A DNA stretch of 64,000 nucleotides from an uncultured Actinomycetes bacterium. GTDB taxonomy: Bacteria > Actinomycetota > Actinomycetes > Streptosporangiales > Streptosporangiaceae. The stretch is from positions 44,117-108,116 of the forward strand of contig CAVURU010000005.1 of NCBI GenBank assembly GCA_963744005.1, written 5' to 3'. A model generated the notes under the pieces. It saw only the letters and a program-made list of their open reading frames with translations. It was not told the DNA's origin and did not search any database. Position numbers and translations under genes: made by a program. Positions 40,230 to 48,233 of the stretch are shown in pieces (positions within the stretch are counted from its first letter, which is position 1; each line of letters begins with the position of its first letter).

Positions 40230-40349
40230 GGCTTTCCTCTCGTTTTATGTCCCCGAGAGCGGGAGACGCGCAGTATCGTACCGGCGCGCAACCGGCCTAT
40301 AGGCCGTTCCGGTGAATTGCCGGGAAGGCCTATTCAGCGCCCGGCCGGA

Positions 40350-41327
40350 TCAGGCCTGGCCGTCAAAGAGGCTGGTGACCGACCCGTCGCTGAACACCTC
40401 GTTGATGGCCCGGGCGAGCAGCGGCGCGATGGACAGCACGGTGAGCTTGTCGAAGTTCTTCTCCTGCGGGACGGGCAGGGTGTTGGTGATGATGACCTCG
40501 CTGATCTTCGAGTTCTTCAGCACGTCCACCGCGGGTCCGGACAGCACGCCGTGCGTGGCGGTGGCGATGACCTGAGCCGCGCCCTGCTCGAACAGGGCGT
40601 CAGCGGCCTTGGCGATGGTCGACCCGGTGTCGATCATGTCGTCCACCAGGATGCAGGTCCGGCCCTCGACCTGGCCCACCACCTCGAACATCCGCACCTG
40701 ATTGGCCACGTCCGGGTCACGCCGCTTGTGGATGATGGCCAGCGGGCAGCCGAGCCGGTCCGTCCACCGCTCGCAGACCCGGACCCGGCCGGCGTCCGGG
40801 GCGACCACGGTGACCTGGCTGACGTCGAGTTTGCTCTCGATGTAGGTGGCCAGGATGGGCATCGCGAACAGATGGTCCACCGGGCCGTCGAAGAAGCCCT
40901 GGATCTGGGCGGTGTGCAGGTCGACGGCCATCAGCCGGTCCGCCCCGGCCGTGGCGAACAGGTCGGCCATGAGCCGGGCCGAGATCGGCTCGCGGCCCCG
41001 GTTCTTCTTGTCCTGGCGGGCGTAGCCGAAGAACGGCGCCACCACCGTGATGCGCCGGGCCGACGCCCGCTTGAGAGCGTCGACCATGATCAGCTGTTCC
41101 ATGATCCACTCGTTGATGGGCGAGGTGTGGCTCTGCAGGACGAAGACGTCGCAGCCGCGGACCGAATCCAGGAACCGCACGAAGATCTCGCCGTTCGCGA
41201 ACTCGAACAGCCGTGACGGCGTCGGCTCGATGCCGAGGCACGCGGCCACCTCCTCGGCCAGCCCGGGAAAAGCCCGGCCGGATACGAGCATCAGCTTCTT
41301 CGCCTCCGGCGGCATGACCTCGTTCAC
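40350..41327 (-). CDS. prs: Ribose-phosphate diphosphokinase
   Basis: 325 aa with a full-length Prs pattern (FANGEIFVRF.., PFFGYARQDKK, DLHTAQIQGFF, ILVDDMIDTGSTI). Confidence 0.95.
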   Translation of the reverse strand: MNEVMPPEAKKLMLVSGRAFPGLAEEVAACLGIEPTPSRLFEFANGEIFVRFLDSVRGCDVFVLQSHTSPINEWIMEQLIMVDALKRASARRITVVAPFFGYARQDKKNRGREPISARLMADLFATAGADRLMAVDLHTAQIQGFFDGPVDHLFAMPILATYIESKLDVSQVTVVAPDAGRVRVCERWTDRLGCPLAIIHKRRDPDVANQVRMFEVVGQVEGRTCILVDDMIDTGSTIAKAADALFEQGAAQVIATATHGVLSGPAVDVLKNSKISEVIITNTLPVPQEKNFDKLTVLSIAPLLARAINEVFSDGSVTSLFDGQA

Positions 41328-42505
41328 GTGTCCAGCGCTCCCTCGTCATCGTCTGGCCTCGGGCCAGCCGGACGCCCGGCGGCGCCCAGGAAAGTGAGAT
41401 GAGGGACCACGGCTCCCTCGCCGACCGTCGCGTTCTTCAGCTCGACGTAGGGGCCGATGCGGGCCCCGGCGCCGACCCGGGTGCCCGGCCTCAGGTAGGC
41501 GAACGGGCCGATGCTGGCCCCGCTGCCGATCTCGGCCGATTCACAGACCGCGTACTGCACGCTGGCGTCCGGCGCCACGGTGGTGTCCCGGAGCGTGCAG
41601 CCGGGGCCGACCCGGGCCCCGGGCCCGATCGCGGTGTGCCCCTCCAGGTGGGTACCGGGCCGGATCTCGGCGTCCCGCCCGATGGTCACGTCCACGTCGA
41701 TCCAGGTAGCGGCCGGGTCGGTGACCGTCACCCCGGCCCGCATCCAGCCCTCCAGCAGCCGGGTGTTCAGCACCCGGCGGGCCTGGGCCAGCTGCACCCG
41801 GTCGTTCACGCCCTGGACCTCGGCCGGGTCGGCGATCAGGACCGTCCCGGCCGTGTGCCCGTCGCCGCGCAGGATGGCCACCACGTCGGTGAGGTACTCC
41901 TGGCCCTGCACGTTGGCGGTGGCGACCCGCTTGATCGCGTCGGCCAGCAGCACCCCGTCGAAGGCGTAGCAGCCGGAGTTGATCTCATCGATCGCGCGCT
42001 GCCCAGGGGACGCGTCGGCCTCCTCGATGATCTCGGCCAGCGCGCCCCGCTCGTCCCTGATGATCCGCCCGTAGCCGGCCGGATCATCCACCCGGGCGGT
42101 CAGCACCGTGACGGCGTGGCCCGCCGTGACGTGCTCGCGGGCCAGCGCGACCAGGGTCCCGGCCCGCAGCAGCGGCATGTCGCCGTAGGTCACGAGCACC
42201 GTGCCGGGCAGTACCCCGAGCGCCTCGGTCACCATGCGGATGGCGTGGCCGGTGCCCGCCTGGCGGTCCTGGATGACGATGTCGGCGTCCGGGACGCACT
42301 CGGCGGCCTCGGCGGCCACCTGCTCCCGGCCGTGCCCGGCGACCACGACCACGTGCCGCGGATCGAGCTCGCGGGCCGTCATGAGCACGTGCCCGAGCAT
42401 GCTGCGCCCGCACAGGGCGTGCAGCACCTTGGGAGTCCGCGATTTCATCCTGGTGCCCTCGCCTGCGGCGAGGACAATGACAGCGACCGGGCGAGGTTCG
42501 CTCAC
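41324..42505 (-). CDS. glmU: Bifunctional GlmU (uridyltransferase / acetyltransferase), C-terminally truncated version
   Basis: The GTG start has GAGGAG 9 nt upstream. The N-terminal LAAGEGTRMKS nucleotidyltransferase domain and the left-handed beta-helix are present up to ..VPHLTFLG. Only 19 unrelated codons then follow before the stop, which overlaps the prs ATG. Confidence 0.8.
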   Translation of the reverse strand: MSEPRPVAVIVLAAGEGTRMKSRTPKVLHALCGRSMLGHVLMTARELDPRHVVVVAGHGREQVAAEAAECVPDADIVIQDRQAGTGHAIRMVTEALGVLPGTVLVTYGDMPLLRAGTLVALAREHVTAGHAVTVLTARVDDPAGYGRIIRDERGALAEIIEEADASPGQRAIDEINSGCYAFDGVLLADAIKRVATANVQGQEYLTDVVAILRGDGHTAGTVLIADPAEVQGVNDRVQLAQARRVLNTRLLEGWMRAGVTVTDPAATWIDVDVTIGRDAEIRPGTHLEGHTAIGPGARVGPGCTLRDTTVAPDASVQYAVCESAEIGSGASIGPFAYLRPGTRVGAGARIGPYVELKNATVGEGAVVPHLTFLGAAGRPAGPRPDDDEGALDT

Positions 42506-42701
42506 GCGGCTAGTCTCCTCGGGTAGCGCCGATGTCTGCGTTCCGGGGCCTGCAGGGGATCGCCCGCACTTCAGAGCCGGGATGGCGGCGAATGTGTTCA
42601 CCTATCCCTCATGTGCAGGGTACCGTCCGGTTGCCATTATCCGATGGCGGCACCGTCACACGCCAGAGCGGGACCGCGCCCCGGTTCACCTAGCCTAGAG
42701 C

Positions 42702-42717
42702 CGGCCGCCGGCGGCCG
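42702..42717. terminator. Perfect 16-nt GC palindrome just downstream of the MFS gene stop
   Basis: CGGCCGCCGGCGGCCG lies 5 nt beyond the stop at 42723. There is no T tract, so it is only a stem-loop candidate. Confidence 0.3.
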
Positions 42718-42722
42718 CAGCG

Positions 42723-44597
42723 TCAGCCGGAACTGTTCCGGCCCGGTTCGGTGCCCGCCCGGGCCTGGCCGTTGCCGTTACCGTTGGCCCGCGACCCGTC
42801 CGCGGCCTCCTCAGCCGGCTCCGGGACGACCAGCTCAGACGGCTCGAAGCCGCCCTCGCCGACGACCGCGGCCAGCTCGCCGCCGAGCGTCTCGGCCTCC
42901 TCGGCCACCTGCACGCGGCCGGTGAGCGCCGAGGCGACGGCGGCCAGCACGCACGCCGCGATGGCGAAGGCGAAGGCGACCGCCAGGCCGTCCTTGAACG
43001 GCTCGGTGATCAGCTGCGGGAAGAACTGCCGGCCGACCACGTAGGCGGCGTGCGCGGGCGACAGGTGGGACAGCAGCCCGCCGAGCAGCTGCTGCATCGG
43101 GTTGTAGCCGAGGAAGGAGGCGAACAGGACGCCGATCGGGGGCAGGTGCGAGATCGTGGCCGCGTTGGCGGCGGGGACGCCCTGCGCGACCAGCCCGCTG
43201 GACATCGCGGCCGGCAGCTTGCTGGACAAGCCGACCACCATCAGCGTGAAGAAGATGCCGATGGACAGCACGAACGCGGCGTTCTGGAAGGTCGCGATCA
43301 TGCCGCTGCCCGCGCCCCGCTGATCGGCCGGGACGGAGTTCATCATCTCGGCGCGGTTCGGCGAGGTGAACAGGCCCGAGCCGAAGCCATTCAGCGCCAG
43401 GATCAGCGCGAACAGCCCGTAGGAGAAGTTCACCGGCAGGAGCAGCATGAAGGCGAAGCTCAGCCCGGTCAGCAGCGAGCCGCCGACGGTGAACGTCTTG
43501 GCCCCGAACCGGTCGGACAGGAAACCGGACAGCGGGGCGGAGAGCAGGAACCCGGCGGTCAGCGGGAGCAGGTAGATGCCGGCCCACAGGGGGGTCTTCT
43601 CGAAGCTGTAGCCGTGCAGCGGCAGCCAGATGCCCTGCAGCCAGATGATGAGCATGAACTGCAGGCCGCCGCGGCCCACCGCCATCACGAAGTTGGCCAG
43701 GTTACCCATGGCGAAGGCCCGGATCCGGAACATCGACAGCTTGAACAGCGGCTCGGGGACCTTGGTCTCGACGAAGCAGAAGATGACCAGCAGCGCCAGC
43801 CCGCCGATCATGGTGCCGAGCACCACCGGGCTGGTCCAGCCCATGGGGTGCCCGCCGTAGGGCTGCAGGCCGTAGGTGATGCCGACCAGGATGGAGATCA
43901 GGCCGACGCCGAACAGGATGTTGCCCCACCAGTCCATCCGGGCCGGCTTCTGCTCCCCGATGTCCTTGAGCATGTAGAACGCCCACACGGTGGCGAACAC
44001 CCCGACGGGCACTGAGACGAGGAAGACGAGGTGCCAGTTGATCGGGCCGAGGATGCCGCCGAGCAGGAGCCCGATGAAGGAGCCGGCGATGGCCGCGATC
44101 GCGTTCAGGCCCAGGGCGGTACCGCGCTGGTTGGCCGGGAAGGCGTCGGTGAGGATCGCGGCGGAGTTGGCGAACAGGAACGCGCCGCCGATGCCCTGCA
44201 CGACCCGCCAGATGATGAGCCACAGCGCGGCCTGGGTGCCGCTCATCCACGTGACGGCCAGGAAGATGGAGGCCACGGTGAAGACGACAAAGCCGAGGTT
44301 GTACATCTTGACCCGGCCGAACATGTCGCCGAGCCGCCCGAACGACACGACCAGCACCGCGGTCACGACCAGGAACCCCATGAACATCCACAGCAGGTAG
44401 CTGGTGTTGCCCGGGGCCAGCGGATTGAGCCCGATCCCGCGGAAGATGTTCGGGAGCGCGATCAGCACGATGGACTGGTTGATGGTGACCATCAGCACGC
44501 CCAGCGTGGTGTTCGACAGCGCGACCCACTTGTAGTGCGGCCCGACCTGTGCGCCGCCGCGCGCTGGCACGTCGGTCAAGCCTGAATTGGCCGTCAT
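42723..44597 (-). CDS. MFS transporter, 14-TMS DHA2 (EmrB/QacA-like) type
   Basis: 624 aa with a polytopic pattern carrying MFS motifs (GRLGDMFGRVKMY, ..LLGGILGP..). A soluble acidic C-terminal tail of about 80 aa follows. Confidence 0.85.
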   Translation of the reverse strand: MTANSGLTDVPARGGAQVGPHYKWVALSNTTLGVLMVTINQSIVLIALPNIFRGIGLNPLAPGNTSYLLWMFMGFLVVTAVLVVSFGRLGDMFGRVKMYNLGFVVFTVASIFLAVTWMSGTQAALWLIIWRVVQGIGGAFLFANSAAILTDAFPANQRGTALGLNAIAAIAGSFIGLLLGGILGPINWHLVFLVSVPVGVFATVWAFYMLKDIGEQKPARMDWWGNILFGVGLISILVGITYGLQPYGGHPMGWTSPVVLGTMIGGLALLVIFCFVETKVPEPLFKLSMFRIRAFAMGNLANFVMAVGRGGLQFMLIIWLQGIWLPLHGYSFEKTPLWAGIYLLPLTAGFLLSAPLSGFLSDRFGAKTFTVGGSLLTGLSFAFMLLLPVNFSYGLFALILALNGFGSGLFTSPNRAEMMNSVPADQRGAGSGMIATFQNAAFVLSIGIFFTLMVVGLSSKLPAAMSSGLVAQGVPAANAATISHLPPIGVLFASFLGYNPMQQLLGGLLSHLSPAHAAYVVGRQFFPQLITEPFKDGLAVAFAFAIAACVLAAVASALTGRVQVAEEAETLGGELAAVVGEGGFEPSELVVPEPAEEAADGSRANGNGNGQARAGTEPGRNSSG

Positions 44598-44765
44598 CGC
44601 CGGATTGTCCCCCAGACGTGGTTCAAGTCAGCTTTATAACTTGCTTCGCATCAACCAAATAATCATAAACCGGATTCCCGGGACCCTCTCGGCCGGGATG
44701 CGCGCGACGAGGCGCGGCGCCGGGATGCGGCCGCCGCCCAGCCCGGGAGCAGACGGCCAGCGGAG

Positions 44766-44838
44766 CTCCCGGGGGGGGGACTCGAACCTCCGTTGACGGA
44801 ACCAAAATCCGTTGTCTTGCCAGCTAGACGACCCGGGA
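44766..44838 (-). tRNA. tRNA-Gln (anticodon TTG), with an anomalous T-stem/acceptor junction
   Basis: Hand fold: acceptor TCCCGGG/CCCGGGA plus discriminator G; D stem GTCT/AGAC; anticodon stem ACGGA/TCCGT with loop TTTTGGT; T loop TTCGAGT. The run of 9 C (9 G on plus, 44771-44779) is one nt longer than T stem plus acceptor can use, and A51 faces C. Confidence 0.75.
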
Positions 44839-45090
44839 TTAACTGAGCCCCTACTTTACCCGGATCCGCCCCGCGCCGCCGGGCCCGCCGTGGCGGCGGC
44901 CCGGGCCGTCCCCGGGCGGGTCGGGCGGTCTGGCGGGGTCTCGGCCAGGCGGTCGGGATCGAGCACGAAGCCCACCGTGACGAAATTGACACGACCGGTA
45001 ATTGATCTCACTTGATGAGACGCCCGGTCGGCGGGCTGTCCGGAATTCATGCCGTTAGTTGCAGAAATTCACCGGCTGGCCCTTGCCTAA

Positions 45091-45124
45091 CCTACGGTGT
45101 CGTAGGCTACGGTTACGTAAGCGT
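45091..45124. promoter_or_regulatory. Two adjacent inverted repeats upstream of the desaturase-TetR pair (candidate TetR operator)
   Basis: CCTACG-gtgt-CGTAGG (45091-45106) and ACGGTTACGTAAGCGT (45109-45124, 14 of 16 palindromic). They lie 30-60 nt upstream of ATG 45154, whose RBS GAGGAG is at 45144. Confidence 0.4.
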
Positions 45125-45153
45125 ACAAGCCGGGCTCACCCCCGAGGAGCACA

Positions 45154-46263
45154 ATGGCCAGTTCCCCCGACACCGTAAGCGCGACCGAAGCCGCCCCGAT
45201 CGCCGATCAGGCTCCCGGGCCGGTCATGCCGGCCGCCGGCGTCAGCACCGAGGGCGCGGCCACGGCCCCGCGCCGCGGGCCCAAGCCGGACTTCGAGGAG
45301 GAACCGAGCTCGAACCTCCAGCGCTTCCTGGTCGGCCTGTTCGTGGCCGTTCCCCTGGTGGCCCTGATCGCCGCGATCCCGCTGGCGTGGGTCTGGGGCT
45401 TCCTGGGCTGGCATGACGTCGTCATCGCCCTGGTCTTCTACTGGGTTTCCGGGCTCGGTATCACGGTGGGCTTTCACCGGTACTTCACGCACTCCTCGTT
45501 CAAGGCGAAGACCGGGCTGCGGGTCGCGCTCGCCATCGCGGGCAGCCTGGCCATCGAGGGACCGGTCATCACCTGGGTGTCCGACCATCGCCGGCACCAC
45601 AAGTACAGCGACAAGGAGGGCGACCCGCACTCGCCGTGGCGCTACGGCGAAGACTGGAAGGCACTGACCAAGGGCCTGGTCTACGCGCACATCGGCTGGC
45701 TGTTCGACCCCAACAAGACCTCGCAGGAGAAGTACTCGCCCGACCTGCTGGCTGACAAGCGGATCAAGCGGGTGGACGCCTGGTTCCCGGGCCTGGTCGC
45801 GGTCACGCTGCTGCTCCCGGCGCTCATCGGGGGACTGTGGGGGATGTCCTGGCACGGCGCGGTGACCGCGTTCTTCTGGGGCAGCCTGGTCCGGGTGGCG
45901 CTGCTGCACCACGTGACCTGGTCGATCAACTCGATCTGCCACACCTTCGGCAGCGAGGAGTTCGAGGTCCGGGACCGGTCGCGCAACGTCGCCTGGCTGG
46001 CCATCGCGTCCTTCGGCGAGTCGTGGCACAACCTGCACCACGCCGACCCGACCTGCGCCCGGCACGGCGCGCTCAAGGGCCAGCTCGACCCGAGCGCGCG
46101 GGTCATCTGGGGCTTCGAGAAGCTCGGCTGGGCCTACGACGTCCGGTGGCCTGATGAGGAGCGGCTGACGGCCAAGCGGCCGGCCACGGCCACCCGCAAG
46201 CTCGGCTCGATGACGCGCCGGACCGGGCGAGTTCGCACCGCGGTGCCGGCAAAGACGCAATGA
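45154..46263 (+). CDS. Membrane acyl-CoA (stearoyl-CoA-type) fatty acid desaturase
   Basis: 369 aa with three His boxes (HRYFTH, HRRHHKYSD, HNLHH) and N-terminal TM helices. Confidence 0.85.
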   Translation: MASSPDTVSATEAAPIADQAPGPVMPAAGVSTEGAATAPRRGPKPDFEEEPSSNLQRFLVGLFVAVPLVALIAAIPLAWVWGFLGWHDVVIALVFYWVSGLGITVGFHRYFTHSSFKAKTGLRVALAIAGSLAIEGPVITWVSDHRRHHKYSDKEGDPHSPWRYGEDWKALTKGLVYAHIGWLFDPNKTSQEKYSPDLLADKRIKRVDAWFPGLVAVTLLLPALIGGLWGMSWHGAVTAFFWGSLVRVALLHHVTWSINSICHTFGSEEFEVRDRSRNVAWLAIASFGESWHNLHHADPTCARHGALKGQLDPSARVIWGFEKLGWAYDVRWPDEERLTAKRPATATRKLGSMTRRTGRVRTAVPAKTQ

Positions 46264-46270
46264 TGACCCG

Positions 46271-46891
46271 GTGAGCGCCCAGCCGCCGAAAAACGGCCGC
46301 AAGAGGATGACCGGCAAGGAACGGCGGGAGCAGCTGCTCGACATCGGGCGGCGGCTGTTCGCCGAGCGCGGGTTCGAGGGCACGTCGATCGAGGAGATCG
46401 CGGCCCAGGCCGATGTGTCCAAGCCGGTGGTGTACGAGCACTTCGGCGGCAAGGAGGGGCTCTACGCGGTCGTGGTCGACCGGGAGGTCGAACGGCTGCT
46501 GACCATGGCCACGGGCCTGCTGGCGGAAGGCCGTTCGCGGGACGAGTTCGAGGTCGCGGCGGTGTCCCTGTTCCGGTACATCGACGACAACGCCGACGGG
46601 TTCCGGATCCTGGTCCGCGACTCCAGCCCGGGCTCCAGCACCGGCACCTACGGGACGCTGCTGAGCGACATCGCCGGCCAGGTGGAGTACATCCTGGCCG
46701 ACTTCCTGGCCTCCCGCGGCCATGACTCCAAGCTCGCCCCGCTCTACGCGCAGATGCTGGTGGGCATGGTCGCCTTCGCCGGCCAGTGGTGGCTCGACGC
46801 CCGCAAGCCCAAGCTGGAAGAGGTCGCGGCCAGCCTCATCGACCTGGCCTGGAACGGCCTGTCCCACCTGGACGCCAACGGCCACAGGTAG
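46271..46891 (+). CDS. TetR family transcriptional regulator
   Basis: TetR HTH (RREQLLDIGRRLFAERGFEGTSIEEIAAQADVSKPVVYEHFGGK). It starts 8 nt after the desaturase stop. The start is GTG 46271 or ATG 46307. Confidence 0.8.
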   Translation: MSAQPPKNGRKRMTGKERREQLLDIGRRLFAERGFEGTSIEEIAAQADVSKPVVYEHFGGKEGLYAVVVDREVERLLTMATGLLAEGRSRDEFEVAAVSLFRYIDDNADGFRILVRDSSPGSSTGTYGTLLSDIAGQVEYILADFLASRGHDSKLAPLYAQMLVGMVAFAGQWWLDARKPKLEEVAASLIDLAWNGLSHLDANGHR

Positions 46892-46926
46892 GGAGCAGGA
46901 CCCAGAACCTGCCCCCTACCCGCGAG

Positions 46927-47379
46927 CTAGCCGGAAAGGCCAGCCGCACCCGGCGCCAGAGTGACCGTGCCCGAGCCGGCCGCCGCGGTCGGCAGGCCGG
47001 CCGCGGACCAGGCCCGGAACCCGTCGATCATGTCGGTCGCGCGGTTCAGGCCCAGGTCCTGCAGCGCGGCCGCGGCCAGGCTGGAGGTGTAGCCGTCCAT
47101 GCAGAAGACGATGATCCGGTGGTCATACCGGGCGACCCAGGGCAGCCGGGCCTCGCAGCCGGGATCCAGCCGCCATTCCAGGTGGTTGCGCTCGATGATG
47201 ACCGATCCGGGTATCTCGCCGTGCTCGGCTCGCTGAGCCGCGGGACGGATGTCGACCAGGACCGCTCCGGTGGCGCGTTCGGCGAAGGCCTGCTGCGGTG
47301 TCAGCCGCAGCAGGCGGGCGCGGGCCACGCCGAGGATCTCATCGATGCTGCGGGCCCCCAGCGGGCGGGTGGTCACCAT
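46927..47379 (-). CDS. Rhodanese-like sulfurtransferase domain protein
   Basis: This is the 3' 150 codons of the 324-aa read-through ORF (MVTTRPLG..IIVFCMDGYTSS..). The active-site loop is CMDGYTS. Its start overlaps the upstream cysteine dioxygenase stop by 7 nt. Confidence 0.7.
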   Translation of the reverse strand: MVTTRPLGARSIDEILGVARARLLRLTPQQAFAERATGAVLVDIRPAAQRAEHGEIPGSVIIERNHLEWRLDPGCEARLPWVARYDHRIIVFCMDGYTSSLAAAALQDLGLNRATDMIDGFRAWSAAGLPTAAAGSGTVTLAPGAAGLSG

Positions 47380-47885
47380 GCCGCAGCCGCCTCGGTGGCC
47401 TGCTTGACCAGTCCGCCCGGGGTCAGCTCGTAGCGGGTCATCTCCGGCAGCGGCGGCGAGTACGCGTGCACGCTGACGGCGAGCGAGGCCGCGGCGGCGT
47501 TCCGGACGTCGTGGATGTACCGGGGCCCGAAGGACCGTGCCTCGCCCGCGCCGACCGGCTTGGTCAGGACCTGGCCGGTGGTGACGCCCCCGGTGACCCG
47601 GCGCTCGGTCAGCGTGCCCAGGACCACGGAGAACGCGCCGGCCGATCCGCCGTGATCGTGGAAGCCGGTGGCCTGCCCGGGCAGCCAGCTGATCAGCCAG
47701 ACCTCGTGGCTGTCGTCGAAGTGGATCCGCTCGTACCAGCGGCCGGCCGGATTCAGCCGGACCCGGGGCAGCCAGTCGGCCGGGCTGGCGGCCAGGCGGC
47801 CCACCACCTCGGCCAGCTGCCGGGCGCCGAGCAAGCGCGGGCGGAGGGCCGTGGTGATGGCGGCCGGCTGGGTCATGGTGCTCAT
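47373..47885 (-). CDS. Cysteine dioxygenase type I family cupin
   Basis: 170 aa with the cupin metal motif WLPGQATGFHDHGGSAG .. YIHDVRN .. SVHAYSPPL. RBS GAGGAGAG upstream. Confidence 0.7.
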   Translation of the reverse strand: MSTMTQPAAITTALRPRLLGARQLAEVVGRLAASPADWLPRVRLNPAGRWYERIHFDDSHEVWLISWLPGQATGFHDHGGSAGAFSVVLGTLTERRVTGGVTTGQVLTKPVGAGEARSFGPRYIHDVRNAAAASLAVSVHAYSPPLPEMTRYELTPGGLVKQATEAAAAW

Positions 47886-48233
47886 GTACTTCTCTCCTCA
47901 CGTCTTCAGTTCTTGCTGGAGGCCAGCGGAACTGGTCGGGCTAATAGACCAGGCACCGGTTCACCGAAGGCCGGGCGATCAGGCGGGGCCTGACGGCCGG
48001 CGGCCGGGAACGGGTCAGCCAGGAAGGGGCCAAGACGGGCCGGGACAGGCCAGGCCGGTCAGCGCGGGTCAGCCGGACAACAACAACAGTGGACGTGATG
48101 CGCCAGCAGGAAACCGCTGGCGGGAACGCTGTGACGGCTGGGCACTGATCGGTCAGGCACTGACCGGGCGGACAGTGATCGGGTAGGCAAGCCACGGCGC
48201 ATGCGCAGAGACTGCCAGAGTTTCCCTATAAAG

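Noticed and set aside
41324-41349. The missing GlmU C-terminus hiding in another frame (simple frameshift)
   Set aside because: Only about 60 nt separate the PHLT motif from the complete prs gene. The other frames (for example ORF 40717-41349) translate to Arg/Gly noise, so the segment is absent rather than shifted.
46927-47901. A 324-aa ORF spanning the CDO gene in another frame
   Set aside because: Only the 3' 150 codons (from ATG 47379) look like a protein (rhodanese). The 5' part is out-of-frame read-through of the cysteine dioxygenase gene.
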